Shown: one piece after another, positions 1-10,169 of the stretch
How the letters are laid out: the number at the start of each line of letters is the position of its first letter
Numbering within the stretch: position 1 is the stretch's first letter
NCBI GenBank assembly: GCA_963844715.1
Contig: CAWJPJ010000008.1
Span: forward strand, 448,001-512,000
From: an uncultured Phycisphaerales bacterium
Lineage (GTDB): Bacteria; Planctomycetota; Phycisphaerae; Tepidisphaerales; Tepidisphaeraceae
Direction: 5' to 3'
Length of the DNA: 64,000 bases
Made by a program: the position numbers and the translations under genes
The notes under the pieces: model-generated
Seen by the model: only the letters and a program-made list of their open reading frames with translations
Databases searched by the model: none
What the model was told of the DNA's origin: nothing

Positions 1-363
1 GCCGATCCTGCTCGGACGCGTGGAGAGACTTTTTTTAAAGGAGAGGCCCAGCTTCCTGAGCCAACGGTCGACCGTCGACAGCGACACGTCCAGCGCCAAC
101 TTCTCTTTGATCTCGTTGAGCGTGGCATCCGGCCGGGCGGCCACGAACCGACTCAAACGAGTCTTCAACTCGCCGGTCAACTTCCCCTTGCGGCCACGAA
201 GATGAAGCAGCGGTTCGGCCGTCCCCCGTTCACGTTCATCCTGTCGCACGCGGCGGACGGCCGACTCGCATCGGCCGAAGATCGCGGAAATCTCCTTCGT
301 GCCTTTGCCGGCACGATACGCCGACATGATCCATCGACGGGTCAGAGCGGTTTGCGATGCCAT
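1..363 (-). CDS. IS630-family transposase, N-terminal HTH part, with probable -1 programmed frameshift
   Basis: Manual translation MASQTALTRRWIMSAYRAGKGTKEISAIFGRCESAVRRV...PDATLNEIKEKLALDVSLSTVDRWLRKLGLSFKK; GGAGG RBS; slippery TTT AAA AAA AG (29-39) after which the -1 frame reads KKSLHASEQDR. Confidence 0.85.
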   Translation of the reverse strand, partial: MASQTALTRRWIMSAYRAGKGTKEISAIFGRCESAVRRVRQDERERGTAEPLLHLRGRKGKLTGELKTRLSRFVAARPDATLNEIKEKLALDVSLSTVDRWLRKLGLSFKKSLSTRPSRIG

Positions 364-437
364 GGCAACCTCCTTGTTGAATCGGAGATTAGCAAAACAG
401 CATCGATGGCGCTAGTTTAAAATGGGAAATGCTCTAG
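1..437 (-). mobile_element. IS630-family insertion sequence, left end (runs off window start)
   Basis: End sequence on - strand TAGAGCATTTCCCATTTTAAAC at CTAG 434-437, upstream of an HTH transposase ORF. Confidence 0.8.
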
Positions 438-729
438 CCGTGGCATTAGCGACCGTTCTCGCGCGGAGGCCATCCGCGCCGCCAGGTGATCCGATCAAAG
501 CACCGAAGGCCGCGGCTGAAGCGGTACGGCATCATTCGCGACGCGGACAATCCGCCGATACAGAAGGATAGGCGGAATTCCGACCCCGCCAAGTAAGCGC
601 ACTACCCCCGAACCTCCCACTCGTATTGATATAACTATTTATTTAACGAACACTTAAGTAGAAATAATCGCGCCCCCACAATTTCAAAAGCGCTTACTTT
701 TGTACCCTCTTTAACCGCTGGCAAGCAGA

Positions 730-1174
730 TCAATGCATCGCAGACAACGGCCACTCCGGGTCCGCCATCGGCGTCTGGACCGCCGGGCTCAGCGGGACGG
801 CACTATTCAGGAAGACATCCCAATCGACTTTGAGGCCCGGCCGGGTCGCGATGAACTGCAACCAAGCCGCATAGTAGCTCCTCAGAAAGAACGTCTTATC
901 CGCAAAGTCCGCAGCCTGGCGCATTCAACAGCTCGTTCTGGGCCGTCGCCTCCTGAAGCTGCTTTTCCAGGCTGTCGACGCGGGCCGACAGTTCCGCCTT
1001 GCGGTCCTGGGCGGCCTTTAGCTGGGCCAGGGTGTCCTTATACAACTTCTGCAATTGATCGGGCTTAACTTCATCCTGTCCCCGTGCCATCGCCGGCCAG
1101 GCCAGCAGGGCCATCATTATCCCAATGCAAACGCGTCGCATAGTCATCCTTTGCCTTGAGGGTCCGTTTCCCAT
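730..1174 (-). CDS. hypothetical exported coiled-coil protein (one indel near 920)
   Basis: Signal peptide-like N-terminus (CIGIMMALLAWPAMA) and coiled coil in ORF 896-1174, continuing in ORF 730-924. Confidence 0.6.
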
Positions 1175-1228
1175 TTTAACGGTAAACGTGCGGCGTTTGA
1201 ATCCGTCCTAATATGGAAAGACAAGTTG

Positions 1229-2067
1229 CTAGGGCCTGTCTGATGAATCCAAAATCCTGAAATAGCGACGGATCATGGCGAGCTTGGCCATGGCCTGAAA
1301 GTTCACCGCCAGTTTCTCGTAACGCGTGCCCAGGCGGCGATTCTCCTTCATCCAATTCACGCAACGCTCCACCACGTTCCGTCGGCGATACGCCTTGCGA
1401 TCAAAGTTCTCCTGCGGCGGCTGATTCGATTTCGCCGGGATCACCGCTTGGATTCGGTGGCGACGCAGCCATCGCCGCACATTTCCGTAACTGTATCCCT
1501 TGTCGCCCGCCAGCCTCCTGGGGCGACGACGGCGGCGACCGATGCGCATCGCGTTCATCACCGGCTCCACGTACCGGCTCTCGTGGCATTGGCCGGCGCT
1601 GGCCTCGACGGCGAGCGGAACTCCCTGGCCGTCAGTAACCAGGTGGAGCTTGCTGCCCCACCCGCCTCGGCTGCGGCCCAACGCGTAATCCGCCGGTTCT
1701 TCCGGGGCGGTTTTGATTTTCTGGCTCCGGCGGCGGATCGACTGGCTCGCACATTGGTGCCGTCGATGCACCACAGGTCCCAGTCGATTCGTCCTTGCTT
1801 GTCCAACCTCATCTGCAGCCGCTGGAGGATTCGATCAATCGTTCCGTCCTTTCTCCAGCGGTTGAAGCGGTCGTAGACGCTTTGCCATCTGCCGTAACGT
1901 TCGGGCATCTCGCGCCATTGAGCGCCCGAGTGCAGAATCCAGAACATGCCGTTGAGCGTGGTGCGGTGGTCGTTCCACTGCCCGCCGCGCTTGCCGTTGC
2001 CGGGCAGCAGATCGCCGATCAACTCGTACTGCTCATCCGTGAGCTCATAACGTCGCATCCGTGACAC
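1229..2067 (-). CDS. IS5-family transposase in two overlapping ORFs (orfA 1558-2067, orfB 1229-1774)
   Basis: YELTDEQY..., [47 protein letters not shown] motifs; orfB stop is the TAG of the target CTAG. Confidence 0.92.
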
Positions 2068-2121
2068 CTCGTCTGAAAACCGCTATTTATAACCAAAAGC
2101 GATTCATCAGACAGGCCCTAG
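1229..2121 (-). mobile_element. IS5-family (IS427-like) element, copy 1
   Basis: Perfect terminal inverted repeats GGCCTGTCTGATGAATC with CTAG at 1229-1232 and 2118-2121. Confidence 0.95.
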
Positions 2122-2190
2122 TTGTTAGTTGCTGGTTGCCAGTAAAAGGCAATTCACTAGCAACTGGCAACTAGCAACTGGCAACCAGCA
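2119..2190. repeat. inverted heptamer-repeat hairpin (AGTTGCY)n / (RGCAACT)n without cargo
   Basis: TAGTTGTTAGTTGCTGGTTGCCAGT, 12-nt spacer, ACTAGCAACTGGCAACTAGCAACTGGCAACC; first unit AGTTGCT lies at 1224-1230 on the other side of the IS. Confidence 0.85.
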
Positions 2191-2193
2191 TCT

Positions 2194-3458
2194 ATGATCA
2201 CCTTTCCCTGCCGATGCGGCCATCAATTCAGCCTTCCGGACGACATGGCCGGGAAGGAGATTCAGTGCCCAAAATGCGGCCTGTTGCGCGACATTCCCAA
2301 AATGGGAGATCTCGATAACGTCGATCCCGACGGCACCTACAAAGTCTCTGAAGTCGCCCCCAATCCGCACGAACTGGACGAAACCGCCAGGCTTTTCAGC
2401 CGCAAGAAAGCCGACGCCGAAGGCCGGGAACTCGATCTTCGTTATCCGGCGCAGCCGAATCGAAAGGTCGAGGAAATTCCGCTCGCGGAAGATGAGCCGC
2501 CCGCGCACCCGCGTTACGATCCGGAAACGGGCGAATTGGTGAAGCCGATCGAGCTTGCGCCGAGCGAAGACCCGGTGAATCCCGCGCTGGTGCCGATGGC
2601 GCGGCCGATGTTGCACTACGCCACCGGCGAAAACGCCCGCCCTTCGATTCATATCCTGGCGCCCTGCGCCTGCTTTTTGATCCCGTGAACGTCGTCACAA
2701 TGTTCTTCGTGCTCCTCGTGCACGCGGCGGCTCTGGAGGTCTTGGCGTTTCCGTTGCCGCAGCTTGGGCTTTTGTTTCTTCCGATCGCCCTGGGCGCCGT
2801 ATTTCTGTCGGCGGCGCACTTCGCAAATGTGATCGAGGAAACCGGGCCGGAGGATCGCGACGAATTGCCGCGATTCTTGCGCGATTTAAATTTCGCGGAG
2901 GACATCTGGCTTCCCTTCTCGCGCTTCGCGCTGGCGGTGATCTATTGTTTTTTGCCCGCGCTGATCGTCGTGCGATTGCCGCTGCCGCTCGGAATCGCTG
3001 AGCCGTTCGCCCTGGCGCTGGCGGCGCTGGGAACTTTTATTTTTCCCGCCGTTCTGCTCACCAGCGCAACCAGCGGAACCGTGCTGAATTTGCGCCCCGA
3101 TCGCCCGTGGCGAATGATCGGAATCCTCGGCGTAAGATATTTTCTGCTCGTCGCGGTATTCATCGCCACTTTGATGGTTTACCTCGTCGGCATGATCGGC
3201 GTGTCGCGATTGGCAATAAAAGGATTTCCCCGATTTCTCACCGATTGGCCGCAGAATTATCTCCTGCTCATCGCCGGAATTTATCTCGTCCATTATTTTT
3301 GCTGGACGCTCGGATTAATCTGGCGCGGCTGGCACAAGGAATTTCCGTGGGTTCTGCAATATTATCACGCGCCGCCGCCGGTGCTTCCGTCGGGGCCGCC
3401 GGGGGTTACGGCTGGGCCGGGCGCTGATCGTAGCTATACAGATTATCGTCCCGGGTGA
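2194..3458 (+). CDS. membrane protein with N-terminal zinc ribbon (one indel near 2670)
   Basis: CRCG...CPKCG in ORF 2194-2688 and multi-TM ORF 2685-3458. Confidence 0.7.
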
Positions 3459-3942
3459 GGTATTGTCCGTCGGGGCCGGCGCTGAAGAAGAACCACCCCT
3501 TGGTGTCCATGCCGACGGCGGGGTGCATGTGCGCCATGAAGACGATGGGGCTCCCCCAGGCGTCGCGGACATAGACCTGATCATAATTGGCCACCGAAAG
3601 ATCGCTCACGCGGCCGTTGAGCAGGCCCTGGGAATTCAACAGGCGGACGAAGGAGCGATTGTTGACCATGGCGGCTCCCTCGAGGGCGGTTTCGGAGGGG
3701 AGCGGGCGCGAGTTGTCGATGAAGGGGGAGATGGCCTGAAGAGAATCGTTGTTGAGCTGCATGTAAATTGCCATCGCCTGATCCAGGCGGTGCAGGATGT
3801 CCTTGGTGAGTTGATCGGAAGCGCTCAGGCGGACGTGACGGGCGAGGCTGACCATCAGGCCGAGAAGGATGATGAGCACCGCGACGGTGGTCATCATCTC
3901 GACGAGTGTGAATCCCGCCCGACGGCGGGCGGGCTCTAGCAT
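3406..3942 (-). CDS. prepilin-type N-terminal cleavage/methylation protein (pseudopilin-like)
   Basis: RRAG/FTLVEMM cleavage motif, DAWG and SAGPDG...DD motifs. Confidence 0.9.
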   Translation of the reverse strand: MLEPARRRAGFTLVEMMTTVAVLIILLGLMVSLARHVRLSASDQLTKDILHRLDQAMAIYMQLNNDSLQAISPFIDNSRPLPSETALEGAAMVNNRSFVRLLNSQGLLNGRVSDLSVANYDQVYVRDAWGSPIVFMAHMHPAVGMDTKGWFFFSAGPDGQYLTRDDNLYSYDQRPAQP

Positions 3943-3946
3943 GGGA

Positions 3947-5239
3947 TCAGTGGTGGGTTGGCGCGGAGACGGCCTGGATCAGGCTCACCATCGGCATGAA
4001 CAGGGCGACGACGATGAATCCGACGATCACGCCGAGGACGACGACCATGATCGGCTCAAGAATGCTGATCAGCGAGCCGACCAGCACGTCCACGTCGCTG
4101 TCGTAGTTGTCGGCGACTTTCATGAGCATCTTGTCCAGGTCGCCGGTCTCTTCGCCGACGTCGATCATGTTGACGACGATGGCGTCGCACACCTTGGTGG
4201 CGCGGAGGGGATCGGCCATCGATTCGCCTTCGCGGATGGCGTCGTGCACCTTGGTCAGGGCGCGGGCTGTAGACTTCGTTGCCGCAGGTTTCCTTGGTGA
4301 TGTTGATGGCGTCGAGAATCGGCACGCCGGCGCTGATGAGCGTGCCCAGCGTTCGGGTGAAGCGGGCGATGGCGGTCTTGCCGAGAATGTCGCCCATGAT
4401 GGGGATTTTCAGCAAGATCTTGGTCAATGACGCATTTGCCGCCCTCGCTCATGCGGATCAGCTTGATCAGCGAGGACGATGGCGATAGGCGAAAACGAGG
4501 ACATACGCCCAGCCATATTCGGGGCCGAACCAGTAGCTCATCGCCATGAGGAGCTTGGTGGGCGGCGGAAGTTCGGCGTGGAAGTCCTTGAAGATGCCCT
4601 CGAACTTGGGGATCACGAAGATCATGATCATGGAGACGACGCCGACGGCGATGCGTGATGACGACGGCGGGATAGATCATGGCGCCGATGACTTTTTTCT
4701 TGAGCTTGGCGGCTTTTTCCATGAAGTCGGCCAGACGGGCGAGGATCAGGTCGAGCACGCCGCCCGCTTCGCCGGCGTTGATCATGTTGACGTAGAGCTT
4801 GTCGAAGGCCTTGGGGTATTTGCGCCATGGCGTCGGAGAGGGTTCCGCCGCCTTCGACTTCGTCGCCGACGCCGCCGACGATCGCCTTGAGCAAGCCGGG
4901 CTTCTGCTGCTGCTCGAGAATCTGGAGGCTGCGAAGGATGGGCAGGCCGGCGTCCTGAAGGGTGGAGAGCTGGCGGGTGAAGGTGACGAGCTGCTTGCGG
5001 GGCACGCCGCCGATGGAGATCGGCATCTTCCGTTTCTTTGGAGCCACGGACTCCACGGCGGCGGCACTGGCGGCGCCCTTTTTCTTGCCCTGCTTCTTGG
5101 CGGACTTTTCCTTGACCTTGGTGGGGAAGTAGCCCTTGCCGCGGATTTTGGCGATCGCCTCTTCGCTGCTGGCGGCCTCGACCTCGTCCTTGACCTCCTG
5201 GCCGGAGGAATTCATCGCTTCATAGGCAAACAGGGGCAT
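3947..5239 (-). CDS. pilC: type II secretion/type IV pilus inner-membrane platform protein (PilC/GspF family), several indels
   Basis: [54 protein letters not shown] across ORF fragments. Confidence 0.92.
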
Positions 5240-5342
5240 GGGGCTTCTCCATGGATTACGACTTTGTTGGAATTATACGCCGTGTCTAGGCCGGCGTGTA
5301 ATCCTTTGCAAGGACGTATTAACCAGCCGGACCTTTCATCGT

Positions 5343-6128
5343 TCATGGGTTGAAAATCTCGCCAAAAAAGGCCCGCATGGCGGCCCAGGAGCGATGATCG
5401 GCCGAGGCATTGTACGCGATGTTGGGGATATTGAATTTATCGGCATCGGGGTTGGTAAAGGCGTGATGGGCGCCGCCATAGACGTTGACCTCCCAATCGA
5501 CGCCTCCTTTGCGCATTTCGTCCTCGAAAGCCGCGACTTGTGCAGGCGGGACGAACGCATCGTCGCCGCCGGTGCAGACGAGGACCTTGCCCTTGATGTT
5601 TTTGGCGTCGTCGGGGCGGGTGGTTTTGAGTACGCCGTGGAAGACCACGACGCCGGACAGATCGGCGCCGCTGCGCGCGAGTTCCAGGGCGACGGAACCG
5701 CCGAAGCAATAACCGATGGCGGCGATGTGTTTGAGATCGACGCGCGATTCATTTTTAAGTTGATCGAGCGCCGCGGAGGCGCGAGCGCGCATGAGATCGG
5801 GGTCATTATAAAAGCGGCTGGAGAGTTGTTGGGCTTGATTGGGATCCTGGGTGACGACGCCTTTGCCGTACATATCGGCGGCGAACGCCACATACCCCAA
5901 TTTAGCAAGCTGCTGGGCTCGGCTCTTGGCATAATCGTTGAGACCCCACCATTCGGGAAAGATTACCACGCCGGGGCGAACGTCCCGGAATGAATTGTCG
6001 TAGACGATAAAGCCTTCTAATTGGTCTCCGCCCTGAGAGTAATCAACCGGTTGAATGACGATGTCCCCGAAAGCCGATATTGAGGCGGCAGATACGAAGA
6101 ATCAAATCGGAAAAATTGTCCAACGCAT
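5343..6128 (-). CDS. dienelactone hydrolase family protein
   Basis: PEWWGLND, GYCFGG nucleophile motif, HAFTNP; frame extends to ATG 6128 with a signal peptide, interrupted by one TGA at codon 9. Confidence 0.9.
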
Positions 6129-6184
6129 GTTTTCCTCGCTTTACGGGTGTCTAATAATTGAAAAGAACATTGAGCCGAAGTAAT

Positions 6185-7343
6185 ATGAGTGAACCAACCT
6201 TCCGCGGGCATAATTTGAGCAGTTCGATTGCCGCCGCCAACATCGCGACCCCAATCGTTCGACGTCGCGCACGTGATGAGCGGCTCGATTTCTGGCGTGG
6301 GCTGTGTCTGATCGACATGGTCCTTGTCCACTTGTACTACCAGAAGGTGCAATTCGGCGCCGTTCTGGGGAACATCGTCGGGAGTTATACCCGTTTCGCG
6401 GCCGGGGGATTCATATTTATTTCGGGGATGAGCATCGGCATGATTTTTCTGCCGCGCGCTCAGGATCCCGAACGCCGCATGGACACCTACATCGGGCTGT
6501 GGCGGCGAGCGCTATACATTTTGGGAATCCAATATATCAACGCCCTGGGGCAAATGCTGCTGGCGGAATGGGAGGGCAACGGCGGGGTGTATTACAGCGT
6601 CTGGCACGTGCTGCGCAATGTTTTGTTTATGCGCGAGGGGGGCGATCTACTGCCGTTCTACATCATCATGATTGCGCTCTCGCCGTTCCTGCTGGAACTG
6701 CTGCGGCGCAAATGGGGATGGGCGGTTATCGCGTCGGCCAGTTTGACGGCGTTCATTTACGGATTGAGTCATCCGTGGGCATTATCACTGGCGGCGGCAC
6801 AGAATTTCCCGCCGATTCTCTGGCAGGCGATCTTCGTGTGCGGGATCATTTTTGCCTCGATATTCAGAAAATATGATGGTCTGGCAACGCGATGGAAGAT
6901 CGCGGCGGCGGGAGTCGCATGGAGCGCTCTGCGGTTTTGTTCTACGCGGAATACGCTTCAAGCTTTGGCCTGCCGTTCCTGAATCTTCACATGAGCTTCG
7001 TCAAAGTGCCGCTCTCGCTGGGCGAAGCGCTCCGATACCTGACGATGATCTTCGGCATCATCGTGGTAACGGACATGATGTGGCGGCGGTTGCTGGCGTC
7101 TTCGCCGTTCGCGGAATTCGTTCAGACGCTGGGCGCAAGAGCCTGGCGGTTTATGTCTGCCATCTGTGGGTGGTTGAAGGCGTGGCGCTGCTGGCGTCAT
7201 ACTGGTGGTGGATGGGAGCATGGCAGATCGTGTTGTCGGTGGCGGCGGTGCTCTTCCTGTGGTTCTTCGCCCTCCTGCTGGATTTGCGCACGGCCCCCGC
7301 GCGTGTGCGGCCGCAGGGCTTTGCGGTTGCGGGCAATAATTAA
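6185..7343 (+). CDS. OpgC domain membrane protein (indels)
   Basis: RDERLDFWRGL, FIFISG, DLLPFY, WQAIF, LGRKSL motifs. Confidence 0.8.
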
Positions 7344-7365
7344 GCTGCCGCTATAATCATCCAAG

Positions 7366-8360
7366 ATGCAAGTTCTGCACGGATTAGAGGGCCTCTCCCA
7401 CGTCCCGCGGCGCGCCGTGGCGTCGGTCGGGAATTTCGACGGCGTCCATCTGGGGCATCAGCATATCCTGCGGACCGCGCAGACGTTTGGCGGATGAGAC
7501 GGAATCCCGCGCAGGTGGTGATTACCTTTGAGCCGCATCCGAGCACGGTTTTGCGTCCCGATCGCGCGCCGCCGCGGCTGACGCCGCCGGCACTGAAGAA
7601 TCCCCTCATCGAACAATTGGGCGCGGATTTTCTGGTGGTTCTGGCGCCGGAGCCGCAGGTGCTGAATTTGTCGGCCGAGGAATTCTGGCTGCTCTTGCGC
7701 GATCAGGTCCAGGTCTCGCATCTCGTCGAGGGTTCGAGTTTTCATTTTGGAAAGGGCGCGGCGGGGAACGTGGAGACTTTGGCCAAATGGTCGGTCGGGT
7801 CGTCGCTGACGCTTCACGTGGTGGAATCCGTGGAGGTTCCGCTGATGGATATGCGGTTGGTGGCGGTGCATAGTTCGCTGATTCGCTTTTTGTTGGATTT
7901 CGGGCGGGTTCGGGATGCGGCGATTTGTTTGGGGCGGCCGTACGTGCTGGCGGGGACGGTGGGGCACGGCGCGGCGCGCGGCAGGACGATCGGCATTCGC
8001 ACGGCGAATTTGCAGATCGAGGGGCAGATGTTGCCGGCTCTTGCCGTGTATGCGGGACGGTGCCGGATCGACGGGCGCGTTTATCCGGCGGCTGTGAATA
8101 TCGGGGCGACGCCGACATTTGGCCAGACCCAAACGCAAGTCGAGGCGCACGTAATCGGGTTCGAGGGAGATTTATATGGACGGCGGATTGAACTGGAACT
8201 GGTCGATTGGCTGCGGGACCAATACAAATTCGCCAATGGCGAGGCCCTAAGGGCACAAATCGGGCGGGATATCGTCCGATGCCTGGAATTGGCGCCTCGC
8301 GACCCGACCCGGCCAATCGCCCACGTGCCGCAGGTGACACTGGCGGGTCATACCCCGTAG
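7366..8360 (+). CDS. ribF: bifunctional riboflavin kinase/FAD synthetase (indels near 5' end)
   Basis: GNFDGVHLGHQ, TFEPHP, SSLIR, GRTIG..TAN, NIGATPTF, EAH. Confidence 0.95.
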
Positions 8361-8370
8361 AATCCCTCCT

Positions 8371-9287
8371 ATGAGCATGGTCCCAATGCCCCCGGAGTTT
8401 CCGTTTCTGGACGTCCCCATGCTCCTGGAGACCAGCGAGCCTATGCCTCGGTGGGGCGGGTGGCGGCTGGCAGGGGCGGGGGTGCTCGGGGCGGCGGTTC
8501 TGGCGTGGTATTTCCTGAGCCAATCCTTCAGCGGGTCGGGGTCTGATCCGTCTCTGTCACTCTTGCTCAGCGTGGTGATGGCGACCCTGGTCGGCGGTTG
8601 GGTTTTTAATGGGCTCATGACGACCCGGGAGTACCGGCGGCAGCAGGAGCAATTGGAAACGATCCAGGAGCTGATCCAACTTCGCCGGTGGGCGGAAGCG
8701 GCGCTGGGCGTGCAGAATTTTCTATCGAGCCCGGCCCGGTCTGCCGGGGCGCGCGGGCAGGGGCTGCTTTTCCTGGCGATGGTGCTGCGCGGTACCACCG
8801 GTTCGACGACTCAATCATGGTTTACGATCGCATTCTGGACGAATTGGCCCTGGACGACGCGGCGGCGCATTCGGTGAAGCTTGGGCGCGCGATGTCATTG
8901 CTTCGGGCCGAGAATCTTTTGGACGCCGACCGCGCCATTGCGGAATTGCGGCGCGATATGCGGCAAGGGGCGGCTCCCAGCGAACTGGCGGCTCTGGCGC
9001 TGGTCGAGATGTACCGTGACGTGAAGACCGGGCATCCCACGGAGGCGATCGAGACGTTCAATCTCCGGTTTGCCGACGTACGCCGCACGTTGGGGCATCG
9101 GGTCGCCGACGCATGGGCGCTGGTTGCGCGGGCGTACGACATGCAGCAAAGGAACTCCGAAGCGGAATCAGCCTATCGCAATGCGACGCTGCTGGCACCG
9201 CTTTCGGAACTGGTCCGGCGGTATCCGGAAGTGGGGGCGATGAAGGATCGGCTGTCCGCGGCCGTCGCGCCGACGGAGGTGCGGTGA
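8371..9287 (+). CDS. hypothetical membrane-anchored helical-repeat (TPR-like) protein (indel near 8790)
   Basis: Two TM segments then amphipathic helices; ORFs 8371-8877 and 8688-9287. Confidence 0.65.
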
Positions 9288-9289
9288 CC

Positions 9290-10093
9290 ATGCTTCCGGT
9301 TGACCTGGCTATTTCTCGATTCCGGCGCGATCTTGCCGTGTCGCGGTTTCTGCGCGTCGCGCTCCTGACGGCGGCGGGATTTTGCATTCTGGGCGGGCCG
9401 CTGTTTGGCACGCATGGAAATGAAATGATCCCGCTGGTGGCAATTGGCGCAATCTGGATGCTGCTGAGTTACCGGAGCATGCTTGGAACGCGAATGGCGG
9501 CGGATTCACCGTCGCTTATCGCCGCGGGGGAATATGAGCGGGCCGAATCCCATATCGATGCGGCTTTGCGCACGTTTTCCCTGTTTCGAACCGCCAAGCT
9601 GCTGGGGCTGCATCACTTGGCCCTGCTGCGGCATGCGCAAAGGCGGTGGCGCGAATCGACGCTATTGTGCCAGGCGTTATTGGCCCAGGGGGGTTCGCCG
9701 GGGCTGGCGCGGTCGACGCTGCTGATGATGGCCGACTCGATGCTCCAATTAAACGATTTATCCGGGGCGTTTGCGGCTTTGGGGGAACTTTGCCGGCAGC
9801 GCCTGAGCCTCCATGAGGCGTTGGCGCTGCAGCTTTTGCAACTTGATTACGGCTGGCGCGTTGGGGCTTGGGAGCCCATGTTGTCGGGTGTGGGGGCCAA
9901 GGTGCAGATGGCGGAATTGATGCCTTCGCTGAATGCCGCCCGCGGCCAGGCATATCTCGCGGTGGCGGCGTTGAAAACGGGACGTCGGGATTTGGCGTTG
10001 TGGCTGCGGGCGCGGGCGGAATTGCTCGCGGATTTGCCCGAGATCACAGCCGACCGCCCGGCGCTGCGGGACTTGTTTGCACAGCCATGGTAG
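9290..10093 (+). CDS. hypothetical membrane-anchored helical-repeat protein
   Basis: ATG just after previous stop; same two-TM plus helical architecture. Confidence 0.65.
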   Translation: MLPVDLAISRFRRDLAVSRFLRVALLTAAGFCILGGPLFGTHGNEMIPLVAIGAIWMLLSYRSMLGTRMAADSPSLIAAGEYERAESHIDAALRTFSLFRTAKLLGLHHLALLRHAQRRWRESTLLCQALLAQGGSPGLARSTLLMMADSMLQLNDLSGAFAALGELCRQRLSLHEALALQLLQLDYGWRVGAWEPMLSGVGAKVQMAELMPSLNAARGQAYLAVAALKTGRRDLALWLRARAELLADLPEITADRPALRDLFAQPW

Positions 10094-10169
10094 CTCCACG
10101 ACGCGCCGGCCCCTTGCCTGAAAGAGAAGCCTGGCGACAATCGGATTGACTTTACATTAGAGGAACCAA

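Noticed and set aside
632..656. TAACT-N15-ACTTA AT-rich imperfect palindrome as a dif or att site
   Set aside because: Single short match, no recombinase or tRNA nearby, does not fit the XerC/D consensus
3406..3458. 53-nt convergent overlap of two genes
   Set aside because: Low-complexity tail that may result from an indel; cannot be supported
6102..6104. In-frame TGA in the dienelactone hydrolase signal peptide as selenocysteine or stop reassignment
   Set aside because: Non-catalytic position, TGA is used as a normal stop throughout, and the sequence is error-prone
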